Source of the DNA: Bacilli bacterium
GTDB lineage: Bacteria; Bacillota_I; Bacilli_A; RF39; UBA660
Direction of reading: 5' to 3'
DNA length: 64,000 nucleotides
Assembly (NCBI GenBank): GCA_900768345.1
Contig: CAAGCO010000007.1
Location: 64,953 to 128,952 of the forward strand
Shown: one piece after another, positions 47,197 through 56,474 of the stretch
Position numbering within the stretch: position 1 is the stretch's first letter
Layout: the number at the start of each line of letters is the position of its first letter
The notes under the pieces: model-generated
Told to the model about the DNA's origin: nothing
Database searches by the model: none
Seen by the model: the letters and a program-made list of their open reading frames with translations, nothing else
Program-made: the position numbers and the translations under genes

Positions 47197-48297
47197 TTAG
47201 CTTCTTTTAAATTTGATTTTATTTATAATAATTGATAAACATATAATAATTAACATAGTTAAAGTTACGTAGAATGGATATTTTACATAGTCATATGACT
47301 CTATATAATTATGTTTATTATAAAATAAAAATGTTATTATAAGTGTTATTAGCATAACACTTATTTTTAAATAGTTTTGTTTCTTTTTATTTAAATTTAG
47401 TGCTTCTTTTATGTTATTAAATATACAAAGTAGTACTGAAGCAGCTGCATTAATTGAATATAATATCCAAAGCATAACACTTATGTTTTCTATTGAATCT
47501 AGAAATGAAAATATTTCTATTTTTTTTAATACTGTATATAATGGATAATCAAATAAGCTAGCTAAGTTGATACCAAATACTCCGATTGTGAATGTTATAG
47601 CAATAAATAAAATTATAAATGATAAAGTATACATTTTATAATATAATTTATTAAAATTCTTTTTATCAGTTAAATCATCTTTTTTAATACTCATCACGAA
47701 CATTGGTGGGATAGATGAAAATAATGCATAAATTATTGATGACTTTATGATATTTTTATAGCTTACTGTAATAAGAGGTAGAAAATTATTTATATTAATA
47801 TCTTTTATTAAGTTAGCATAATCAAATATAAAAATAGAGAATGCTACAAAAATAGATATTATAGATACTCTAGTTAATGTTTCTATTCCTTTGTTTGCTA
47901 TATAGAAAGTTAAACTAAGTATTAATAGATAAAAATATATATCAGGTGTTTCAGTTAAATATTGACTTGATAAAAACGAAGATAATCTATAACACAGGAA
48001 TATATATAAAAATATAGAGAGTAGAGCGACAATTAAATTTATAATTATTGATGGTTTTCCATATATCTTTTTAAACTTTAAAGAACTTATTAAATCAGAA
48101 TGTTTATCATTAAGAGTTAGTATAGCCTTAGAAATTAATAATCCCAAAAGATAACCAATAATCATAGATATAGGCGTTGCTTCTCTTGAATTATAAAGTA
48201 AATAACTAGTTAGAATTCCCCAAAATGGAGCTCCACTTAAAGTTATTACTAAAGTACTTAGTGAAAAACTATTTATTTTTTCATTAGATTCTTTCAT
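47197..48297 (-). CDS. Spore germination receptor B subunit (GerAB/GerKB family permease)
   Basis: The 366-aa protein has about ten TM helices and is the last gene of the gerA-C-B order on the minus strand. Confidence 0.7.
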   Translation of the reverse strand: MKESNEKINSFSLSTLVITLSGAPFWGILTSYLLYNSREATPISMIIGYLLGLLISKAILTLNDKHSDLISSLKFKKIYGKPSIIINLIVALLSIFLYIFLCYRLSSFLSSQYLTETPDIYFYLLILSLTFYIANKGIETLTRVSIISIFVAFSIFIFDYANLIKDININNFLPLITVSYKNIIKSSIIYALFSSIPPMFVMSIKKDDLTDKKNFNKLYYKMYTLSFIILFIAITFTIGVFGINLASLFDYPLYTVLKKIEIFSFLDSIENISVMLWILYSINAAASVLLCIFNNIKEALNLNKKKQNYLKISVMLITLIITFLFYNKHNYIESYDYVKYPFYVTLTMLIIICLSIIINKIKFKRS

Positions 48298-49361
48298 TTT
48301 TTTATTTCTCCTATAGAAGTAATATTTGTTTTAGTATCTATTTTAAATTCTATGTTATTTAAATAATTCTTCCATTTATTTTTATCCTTAAAATAATTTT
48401 TATCATGTTTATAAATATAGTTTCCTATTCCAATTACATCTTTATTATTATCTTTTATAAATGTTAATAAGTTGTTTATATTATCTTTAATATAATTACT
48501 AGTTAATTTATTTAATTTTTCTATTGATTCTTTTTTAGTTAAATCGTATTTACATTTATAATCTATAACTTTAGAGTTTGTTTTATTAGATATAGTGAAT
48601 TTATTATTTTTCCATTTATATTTAGTTTTTATATCTTGTAATTCTACTGAAAAATTATTATCATCACACTTAATAGTAACTGTTGCTTTTATAGCTTTAT
48701 TGGATACTATATTATAAAATATAGATTCATTTTCTGATAACTCTATTTCGTTATCATCTTTAAATGTTGTTAGATTAGATAAATATAATACTTCTTTGTT
48801 ATTATTCTTAACTATTTTTATTTTAGGGTAAATTAAGTTATAACCTTTTTCATAAGTGTAGTATGCATAATCAGAAAATTTTAATGGAGTAGATGAAGAA
48901 AATATATTTTGATTAAACTTCATCATCTTTTCTAGATATATAGACGAACCATCATTTTTTTTGTAAACATTTAATACTTTTTCACTTATTTCATTATTAA
49001 TTACATAAACATAAAAGTTCATCTTTGATTTAGAACTTCTTAGGAAATAATCTTTAAAGTCTATATTTTCTTTTATTACTGTGTCTGTTACGATTAATAC
49101 TTTTAAGTGTGAAATAAATATTTCTTTGTTACTTAGTTTTGATAGTTCTGCGATTGCTTCATTTATAGAATTAGATTTAGTTTTAAATACTTCAATATTA
49201 CTATCTTTGTCATTAACTATTAGTTGAGCAGTTACTTCATACATATTATCTTTGTAATCTATTACTATGCCTGTTAATATAGCTAGATCATTTATTTCTA
49301 CATAATCTTTACATCCAGTAAGTGATAATATTAATATAAAAAGTATTATTATTTTTTTCAT
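48294..49361 (-). CDS. Spore germination receptor C subunit (GerAC-family lipoprotein)
   Basis: It has a lipobox (LSLTGC) and is 355 aa. It overlaps both flanking genes by 4 nt. Confidence 0.7.
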   Translation of the reverse strand: MKKIIILFILILSLTGCKDYVEINDLAILTGIVIDYKDNMYEVTAQLIVNDKDSNIEVFKTKSNSINEAIAELSKLSNKEIFISHLKVLIVTDTVIKENIDFKDYFLRSSKSKMNFYVYVINNEISEKVLNVYKKNDGSSIYLEKMMKFNQNIFSSSTPLKFSDYAYYTYEKGYNLIYPKIKIVKNNNKEVLYLSNLTTFKDDNEIELSENESIFYNIVSNKAIKATVTIKCDDNNFSVELQDIKTKYKWKNNKFTISNKTNSKVIDYKCKYDLTKKESIEKLNKLTSNYIKDNINNLLTFIKDNNKDVIGIGNYIYKHDKNYFKDKNKWKNYLNNIEFKIDTKTNITSIGEIKK

Positions 49362-50755
49362 GATTCTCCTTTATTACTATTTTGTGGTAATAGTCCTTTT
49401 TTAATTAATGTTTTTCTATTTTTAATATTTAATTTAGGACTTATTGGATACATAAATGGTTTTCCGAATGATTTTATATTACATAAGTTAGTTATTATGA
49501 ATATGAAACCAAATAGTACTCCGATTATTCCAAATATTGAAGAGAGTATCATTAAACTATATCTGTAGAGTCTTATGAATGATTGAAAGTCATAGTAAAC
49601 AAAGAATATTGATGAGATTGCTGTTACTGCTACTACGATAACCATAATAGGTGAAACAATACCCGCACTTACTGCAGCGTCTCCTAAAACCAGTGCTCCT
49701 AATATTGAAAGAGACGTACCTCTTGATGAAGGAGTTAATGCATCTCCCTCATAAAGTAATTCGAACGTAAACATTAATGAGAATGCTTCAATTAATGCTG
49801 GGAATGGTACGCTTGATCTTTGAAGAGAGAAGTTTATAAGTAAACTAGTAGGCAATATTTGTTGATCATATGTAATAATTGCAAGATAAATAGATGGAGC
49901 AAAAATGGTGATGAATAGGGCAATTATTCTTATAAATTTTACGAATTCTACGTATAAACTTTTTTGATAAATATCTTCATCATTATGAAAATAATCTATA
50001 AAGAATGTTGGTATTATAAGAGCATTACATGAATTTTCTGATACTATACATATTTTTCCTTCCATAAGACTTTTTGCTATAGTATCTGGTTTTTCTGTTG
50101 ATTTAATAGATGGAAATGATGATTTATTTTCATTATTTATTAAACTTTTTATATAGTAAGTATCTAGTACTTTATCACTGCTGATATTACTTATTTTTTC
50201 TATTGTTTCATTTAACAATTCTTTATCTACGATATCATTCATATACATAATACTTACTTTAGTTTTAGTTCTAGTTCCAATTGTTAATTCTTTTATATAA
50301 AGATTTTCATCTTTTATTCTTTTTCTTATTAAACCTATATTAGTATTATAGTTTTCATTAAAAGCATCTTTTGGCCCTTTAATAGTAGGTTCACTTGTGG
50401 GCTCATTAACACCTCTATCTAGAGTAGCTCTTGTTTCTAGTGCGATACATTCATCATGATAAATGATAATACTAAAACCATTAAATAAATATTCCATTAC
50501 ATCTTTAGAATCAATATCTATAAAACTAATAGATGGAATATAATTTAGAATATCTTTTTTAAGTGAAGAAATTATTTCATTTTTAAGTAAACTACGTTTT
50601 GATATATATTCAAGAATAAATTCATTAGTTAATGTACTTGATGATACTGTTTGTATATTTATTATATAAATTTTATTTATGCCAAAAGAAACTTCTTTTA
50701 TTTGAAGATCTGGCATATATTCTTTTTTGAATTGTAGTTTACTTACTATATTCAT
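49358..50755 (-). CDS. Spore germination receptor A subunit (GerAA family)
   Basis: The 465-aa protein has a soluble N-terminal domain and a C-terminal TM bundle. It is the first gene of the tricistronic operon. Confidence 0.7.
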   Translation of the reverse strand: MNIVSKLQFKKEYMPDLQIKEVSFGINKIYIINIQTVSSSTLTNEFILEYISKRSLLKNEIISSLKKDILNYIPSISFIDIDSKDVMEYLFNGFSIIIYHDECIALETRATLDRGVNEPTSEPTIKGPKDAFNENYNTNIGLIRKRIKDENLYIKELTIGTRTKTKVSIMYMNDIVDKELLNETIEKISNISSDKVLDTYYIKSLINNENKSSFPSIKSTEKPDTIAKSLMEGKICIVSENSCNALIIPTFFIDYFHNDEDIYQKSLYVEFVKFIRIIALFITIFAPSIYLAIITYDQQILPTSLLINFSLQRSSVPFPALIEAFSLMFTFELLYEGDALTPSSRGTSLSILGALVLGDAAVSAGIVSPIMVIVVAVTAISSIFFVYYDFQSFIRLYRYSLMILSSIFGIIGVLFGFIFIITNLCNIKSFGKPFMYPISPKLNIKNRKTLIKKGLLPQNSNKGES

Positions 50756-50816
50756 AGTATTAGTATTTACTTAATTAAAATAAAAATACTATGTTATAAT
50801 TGTTATGGTGAAGTAT

Positions 50817-51890
50817 ATGTTTTATGTAGTAGGTATTTTATTTTTTATCTTTTTTATGTTTTTAACACTTGCATTTTATAAGTATTTATATAAGGTATGT
50901 GAGAAGTTAAAGATTAAGATTAATAAGAATATATTATGTGTTATATCAATTATAATATTTTATGGTAGTTTAGTAGTTGGTATGATGAATAAATATGTTT
51001 CAGTATTATTAATATTTATTTTCTATTTATTGCTTGGATATTTAGTGATAATGTTATTTTATAAATTATTAAAGAAATATAAATGGTTTATGAAGTATTA
51101 TTTATTAATACCAGCAGTATTTAGTTTTGTATTTGTAGTTTATGGAATTTATAACATATATGATATTAGAAGTAATAGTTATAATATTTCATCTAATGAT
51201 AAATTAAGTCATAAATATAAGGGTATATTAATAACTGATTTACATTATGGACTTGCTTTAAAAGGTGAAGGATTACAAAAAGTAGTAGATGAAATAAATG
51301 AATTAAATCCTGATTTTGTATTTTTAGTAGGTGATATAGTTGATGAAAGTACAACATTAGATGGAATGAAAGAATGTTTTCAGATACTTGGTAAATTTAA
51401 AACTAATTATGGTACATTCTATAGTTATGGTAATCATGATGAGAATTTTTATAATAATGAAAAGAATTATAGTAAAGAAACACTTAAAAATAATATAATT
51501 GGAAATGGTATTAATATTTTAGAAGATTCTAGTTATAGAATCAATGATGAACTTACTATAATAGGTAGAAGTAATGGCTATAAGAAAAGTATAAGTGAAC
51601 TTGTTAGTAATGTAAATAATGATGATTATAAAATAGTACTTGCTCATATACCAATGGATTACCAAAATGTTAAAGATAGTGGAGTAGACTTAGTACTTAG
51701 TGGTCATACTCATGCTGGACAAATATTCCCAGCTGAATTATTCCAAGAGATATTTAAAACCTCTGATATGGTATTTGGATATGAAAAAGATGGAAACTTT
51801 AATAAAGTAGTTACTTCTGGTATAGCTGGATGGGGAATTCCAATTAGAACAGATGAACATAGTGAATATGTAATTCTTAATATAAAATAA
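50817..51890 (+). CDS. Membrane-anchored calcineurin-like metallophosphoesterase
   Basis: It has N-terminal TM helices and the motifs GDIVDE, GNHD and GHTHAGQ. A terminator lies at 51893-51920. Confidence 0.7.
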   Translation: MFYVVGILFFIFFMFLTLAFYKYLYKVCEKLKIKINKNILCVISIIIFYGSLVVGMMNKYVSVLLIFIFYLLLGYLVIMLFYKLLKKYKWFMKYYLLIPAVFSFVFVVYGIYNIYDIRSNSYNISSNDKLSHKYKGILITDLHYGLALKGEGLQKVVDEINELNPDFVFLVGDIVDESTTLDGMKECFQILGKFKTNYGTFYSYGNHDENFYNNEKNYSKETLKNNIIGNGINILEDSSYRINDELTIIGRSNGYKKSISELVSNVNNDDYKIVLAHIPMDYQNVKDSGVDLVLSGHTHAGQIFPAELFQEIFKTSDMVFGYEKDGNFNKVVTSGIAGWGIPIRTDEHSEYVILNIK

Positions 51891-51972
51891 AGTTCAATTT
51901 TATGGTTGAACTTTTTTGATTGTGTTTGAATAAATATTTTTTATGTGTTATTCTATAATAGAGGTGAAGTAT

Positions 51973-52710
51973 ATGGAAGGAAAAAGGAATGTTAATATAG
52001 TGTTAATTATACTTTTAATAATTGCATTATGTGCAGTTGGTGGTTTTGGTTATATGTGGTATAAAGGAAAAAATGTTAGTTGTCCTAAGTGTGAGGATAA
52101 AGTACTTGATGATAAAAAAGAAGAAACAGTTGAAAATAAAGTTAGTGTTGTTGATGCTACTAATACTGTACCTAGTTATTTTGGTTCTGAAAGTGCAAAT
52201 AAAATTAAAATAATTATTCCTAAAATAATAGGTGGTAAAGATAATTCTGAAGTAATAAATAAAAAAATTCTTGATGATGTTATTTCTAGAATAATTCTAC
52301 CAATCGAAGCAGGATGTAACACTGATGAAAATCCTAAAGGGTGTGAAACAGGTGATGTTGCGGATATAAATGTTAAATATAAATCACTTGTAAAGAATGA
52401 CATAGTAAGTATTTTAGTTATAGTTGAATTAAATCCATGGAATGCAAGTGGAGATGGAACATTTAAATATAATTACTTCTATGATGTTAAAAATGATAAA
52501 ATTATAACAGCAACAGAAGCACTTGAAAAAAATGGTTATACTGATGAAAGATATCTAAAAGAAATTACTGAATGTTATGATGAAGATCATAATGAAATAA
52601 AGTGTACTTTGGGTCATATAAAAAAGAAAATTAATGCTCTTAATACATGTGACTATGTAGACATAGATAATAATAGCTTAAAAGTACATTATGAAGGATT
52701 CTGTAATTAA
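51973..52710 (+). CDS. Membrane-anchored Cys-rich hypothetical protein
   Basis: An AGAGGTGAAG Shine-Dalgarno sits in front of the ATG at 51973. It has a TM helix (IVLIILLIIALCAVGGFGY) and ten Cys residues. Confidence 0.4.
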   Translation: MEGKRNVNIVLIILLIIALCAVGGFGYMWYKGKNVSCPKCEDKVLDDKKEETVENKVSVVDATNTVPSYFGSESANKIKIIIPKIIGGKDNSEVINKKILDDVISRIILPIEAGCNTDENPKGCETGDVADINVKYKSLVKNDIVSILVIVELNPWNASGDGTFKYNYFYDVKNDKIITATEALEKNGYTDERYLKEITECYDEDHNEIKCTLGHIKKKINALNTCDYVDIDNNSLKVHYEGFCN

Positions 52711-52775
52711 AATTTGACTTTGTGAAATATTTATGATATATTTTTGTTGAATTTAAAGAGAAAGGAGTGGAAGAA

Positions 52776-52874
52776 ATGAAGATTTTAAATTTGAATTTAT
52801 ATGTTTTTAATGATAAGAGTTTTGATAAAGGAAGTGGGAATCTTCAATGTTTTCCACAAACTTTAAACGTTTAG
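52776..52874 (+). CDS. Candidate regulatory leader peptide (32 aa) upstream of the ABC exporter
   Basis: An AAAGGAG Shine-Dalgarno sits 8 nt upstream of the ATG. The ORF (MKILNLNLYVFNDKSFDKGSGNLQCFPQTLNV) ends 15 nt before an intrinsic terminator. Confidence 0.4.
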   Translation: MKILNLNLYVFNDKSFDKGSGNLQCFPQTLNV

Positions 52875-52888
52875 TATTAAGTATTAAA

Positions 52889-52917
52889 GCTACTCTTATT
52901 AGAGTAGTATTTTTTTG
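52889..52917 (+). terminator. Intrinsic terminator (attenuator) between the leader ORF and the ABC exporter Shine-Dalgarno
   Basis: The stem is CTACTCT-tatt-AGAGTAG, followed by TATTTTTTT. It abuts the GGAGG Shine-Dalgarno at 52917. Confidence 0.55.
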
Positions 52918-52926
52918 GAGGTAAGA

Positions 52927-54657
52927 ATGAAAGATTTTAAAGAATTTAAGCCTCTAATTAAGTTAATGAAAGAAGAAAAGGGTAAACTTATCTTATCGAG
53001 TATAATAGTAGTAATAAGTGGATTTTGTGAGATATTCACTGGTTATTTAAATGGTAAGAGTGTAGAATCTATTACAGAGTTAAATCTTAAGGCTGCACTT
53101 ATATATATTGGAATATATTTTATATTAGAGATTACTACTGATGGAATTTTATATCTTAAAGCTAAATCAATGCTTTCTAAACTTGAAAGTGTTTTAACAA
53201 GAAAGTTAGAATTTTATACATATAAGAAAGCAATTAATTTACCAGCAGTGGCATTTGAAAAGATGTCTTCAGGAGAAATAATTAATCGTATAACAAATGA
53301 TGCTGATACATTAAGTTTTGTATTTTTAAGACTATTAAATATGGTAACTGCGTTTGTTACATCAATGGTCTTACTAGTATATATATTTATAAATTCTTGG
53401 ATAATTGGATTAGAAATAATAGTAATTGTAGTAATACTATACTTTGTAATTAAGAAATATAATCCTATATTAGAGAGTATCCATAAAGATAGAAAGAAAG
53501 AACAAGATAAGTTTATATCTTTAACAAATGAATCAATTAGAGGTATAAGAGAAATAAAAACATTAGGAGTTAAAAATAACTTAATAAATAATGCTATTAA
53601 TATTGTTAGAGTATTATACGATAAATCATCTAGAGAAATTGATACTAAAAAGAATTTTGATATTATGACAAGTTTACTTAAATCTATATTAGAGTGTGGA
53701 GTACTTGCTACTTGTATTGTACTTTTATATTATAATCAAGTATCACTTACATTTTTAGTTGCTATGACATACTATGTATATAGATTTACTAATATGATAG
53801 AAAATGTTAATGAGTTAATACAAACATATCAAAGTGTTAAAGTATCAGTTTCAAGAGTAAATGATATTTTAGATAATAGATTATTTAATGATGAAAAGTT
53901 TGGTCTTAAAGAATTAGAAGATGTAAGAGGAGTTATTAAATTTAATAAAGTATCTTTTGCTTATCCAGATGAGGGAGATACATTAAATAACTTTAATTTG
54001 TTAGTTGAACCAAATAAAAAGGTAGCTATAGTAGGAGCATCTGGTCAAGGAAAGAGTACGCTATTTAATCTATTAACTAGAATATTTGATGCAAATAAAG
54101 GTAAAATACTTATTGATGACGTTAATATCAAAGAATTAAAAGAAGATGCACTTAGAAAGAATATATCTATAATAAGACAAGAACCATTTATATTTAATAG
54201 AAGTATTAAAGAGAATTTTCTTATTGTAGATGAGAATCTTACATTAGATGAGATTCGTAAATATTGTAAAATGGCTTATCTAGATGATTATATAATGTCT
54301 TTACCTAAAGGTTATGATACTATTTTAGGAGAAGGTGGTGTTAATCTATCTGGTGGTCAAAAACAAAGATTATCTATAGCAAGAACACTTGCAAGAAATA
54401 GTAAGATAATTCTATTTGATGAAGCAACAAGTGCTTTAGATAATAACAGTCAAAACTATATTAAGAAAACAATAGATGACTTAGTGTGTGATCATACAGT
54501 TATAATAGTAGCTCATAGGCTTTCTACTATAATGGATGCTGATGTAATACATGTTGTAGATAAAGGAAAAGTGGTTGCTACAGGAAAACATAAAGAATTA
54601 TTAAAAACATGTGAATTATATAAAAATCTATATTTAAATGAATCTTTAAATTCGTAA
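52927..54657 (+). CDS. ABC exporter, fused TMD-NBD half-transporter (multidrug/peptide exporter type)
   Basis: It has six N-terminal TM helices. Walker A is GASGQGKST, the signature is LSGGQKQRLSIAR and Walker B is ILFDEATSALD. A terminator lies at 54660-54688. Confidence 0.8.
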   Translation: MKDFKEFKPLIKLMKEEKGKLILSSIIVVISGFCEIFTGYLNGKSVESITELNLKAALIYIGIYFILEITTDGILYLKAKSMLSKLESVLTRKLEFYTYKKAINLPAVAFEKMSSGEIINRITNDADTLSFVFLRLLNMVTAFVTSMVLLVYIFINSWIIGLEIIVIVVILYFVIKKYNPILESIHKDRKKEQDKFISLTNESIRGIREIKTLGVKNNLINNAINIVRVLYDKSSREIDTKKNFDIMTSLLKSILECGVLATCIVLLYYNQVSLTFLVAMTYYVYRFTNMIENVNELIQTYQSVKVSVSRVNDILDNRLFNDEKFGLKELEDVRGVIKFNKVSFAYPDEGDTLNNFNLLVEPNKKVAIVGASGQGKSTLFNLLTRIFDANKGKILIDDVNIKELKEDALRKNISIIRQEPFIFNRSIKENFLIVDENLTLDEIRKYCKMAYLDDYIMSLPKGYDTILGEGGVNLSGGQKQRLSIARTLARNSKIILFDEATSALDNNSQNYIKKTIDDLVCDHTVIIVAHRLSTIMDADVIHVVDKGKVVATGKHKELLKTCELYKNLYLNESLNS

Positions 54658-54729
54658 GAGATTAATAAAATCTCTTATTTTTTTATCAAAATTAATTATT
54701 AAGCATATTCTATTATAGGAGGATTGCCT

Positions 54730-55272
54730 ATGTTTAATAATTATAAAGAGATAGTTACTAAAACTGTTATTGGTAAAGGAAAAAAAACTTTTAAGAATGA
54801 TTATGAACTTACTACTGATACTGGTGTAGATACTGTTCTTGGATGTTGGGTAATAAATCATAAGATTCATGGTAAGAAGGATGATGAGTACATAAAAATA
54901 AATGGAAGTTATGATATTAATATTTGGTATAGTTATGATAATAATACTAAAACAAATGTGGTAAGTAAGAAAATGTTTTATGAAGAGAAGGTCAGAGTTA
55001 AAGTACGTGAGAATGGTGACTTAAATGATAACTCTGAAATAATCATTAGAAGTCTTAAGAATCCAACATGTATAGATGTATCAAATGAAGATAAAACTAT
55101 TAAATATACAATATCTAAAGAACTTGGTATAGAAATAGTAGGAGATGCTAAAATAAGAATACCTGTAAGTAATACTGAAGATGATTATGATCTAATAATA
55201 GATGAAGATGCAGTTAATGATGAAATAGATAAAAATGTTAATATAAATTATTTAGATAATAAAGACTCATAA
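54730..55272 (+). CDS. cotE: Spore coat morphogenetic protein CotE
   Basis: The 180-aa protein reads YKEIVTKTVIGKGKK...LGCWVINHK...YDINIWYSYDNNTKT, matching the B. subtilis CotE N-terminal core and its acidic C-terminus. A terminator lies at 55272-55303. Confidence 0.7.
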   Translation: MFNNYKEIVTKTVIGKGKKTFKNDYELTTDTGVDTVLGCWVINHKIHGKKDDEYIKINGSYDINIWYSYDNNTKTNVVSKKMFYEEKVRVKVRENGDLNDNSEIIIRSLKNPTCIDVSNEDKTIKYTISKELGIEIVGDAKIRIPVSNTEDDYDLIIDEDAVNDEIDKNVNINYLDNKDS

Positions 55273-55335
55273 TTGACATTTTAGAGTCTTTTTTACTATA
55301 ATAAATAGTATTATTCTTTCAAAGGAGATAATGCT

Positions 55336-56394
55336 ATGGATAATAGTGCTTATATTAAGGCTAGTTTGGATAGGTTATTGGAAGAAAACGATAATGTATT
55401 TGTTGTTCCACATATTAGACCAGATTTTGATGCAATTGGTGCTGCTATAGGTATAGCTTTGATATGTAAAAAAAATAACAAAAATTGTTTTATTGTTATA
55501 GATGATGATTATGATAAGTTAGAGCCTGAAACTAGAAAGGTTTTAGAAAATATTAAGAGTAACTTTAATTTTATTAGAAGTAATGATTTACCTATTTATT
55601 TAACACCTAGAAGTATGATGGTTGCTGTCGATGCCAATAAAGATTATCTTCTTTGTACAAAAACCTATTTAAGTGAATTTAAAAATATTGTTGTTATAGA
55701 TCACCATAAAACTGATGAACATACTATTAAAACACCTTATTTGTTTGTAGATGAAAGTATATCTAGTGTTTGTGAAGAAGTTTCTAGATTATTATTCCTA
55801 TACGGAGTTAAATTGTCTCCTGATTATGCTAATTATTTACTTGCTGGTATTATACTTGATACTAATAAATTAAGTAAAAATACTAACGCTAAAACATTTG
55901 AAGTAGCATCTAAACTTACAGCGAGTGGTGCAGACCCTACTATTGCGAATAATATGTTTTTAGAAGACTTTGAACATGATAGAGCTATACAAAGATTAGT
56001 AGACAATACTGATTTTCAAAATTATATTTTTGCGATAGCATCCGACTCAGAAGATAGTGGGAGAATATATGAACCTGAAGATATTGCTAAAGCTGCTGAT
56101 TATTTACTTAAATATAATATTAATTGTAGTTTTGCAATGGCATATATAGATGATATTACTATTAGTGTTAGTGCTAGAAGTAAAGGACTAATTGATGTAT
56201 CTAAAATTATGAGATTATTTGGTGGTGGTGGAAATGAATATTCTGCAGCTGCTAAAATAAAGGGCAAAAATCTTCAAGAAGTAAAAAGTTTACTAATTAG
56301 TTCATTGATGCCAGGGGCTTATATTGAAAATGCTAATATATCTTTTGTAGATGAAAAGCCTATGAAATTAACAATGAAAAAGAGTCATGAATAA
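55336..56394 (+). CDS. DHH/DHHA1 phosphoesterase (NrnA-like oligoribonuclease / pAp phosphatase)
   Basis: DHH motif I is VVPHIRPDFDAIGA, the DHH motif is VIDHHKTDEH, and the DHHA1 motif is FGGGGNEYSAAA. Confidence 0.65.
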   Translation: MDNSAYIKASLDRLLEENDNVFVVPHIRPDFDAIGAAIGIALICKKNNKNCFIVIDDDYDKLEPETRKVLENIKSNFNFIRSNDLPIYLTPRSMMVAVDANKDYLLCTKTYLSEFKNIVVIDHHKTDEHTIKTPYLFVDESISSVCEEVSRLLFLYGVKLSPDYANYLLAGIILDTNKLSKNTNAKTFEVASKLTASGADPTIANNMFLEDFEHDRAIQRLVDNTDFQNYIFAIASDSEDSGRIYEPEDIAKAADYLLKYNINCSFAMAYIDDITISVSARSKGLIDVSKIMRLFGGGGNEYSAAAKIKGKNLQEVKSLLISSLMPGAYIENANISFVDEKPMKLTMKKSHE

Positions 56395-56474
56395 TGACTT
56401 TTTTAATTAAAAGTTGACTTCTTGTATCATTTATGATATAATGTAATAGCTTTTGAATAAGGGGGGTTAAGATT

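Noticed and set aside
50802-51979. An identical 13-nt start context GGTGAAGTATATG at the metallophosphoesterase gene (50806) and the Cys-rich protein gene (51961), as a possible shared regulatory element.
   Set aside because: It is short and consists of a Shine-Dalgarno-like GGTGA plus spacer plus ATG. Coincidence in an AT-rich genome is likely, and there is no further flanking similarity.
52776-52874. The 32-aa leader ORF as a secreted peptide, bacteriocin or quorum signal exported by the downstream ABC transporter.
   Set aside because: The transporter lacks a C39 peptidase domain. The peptide has no GG-leader or signal peptide. An intrinsic terminator sits between the two genes, which fits a regulatory leader better than a cargo.
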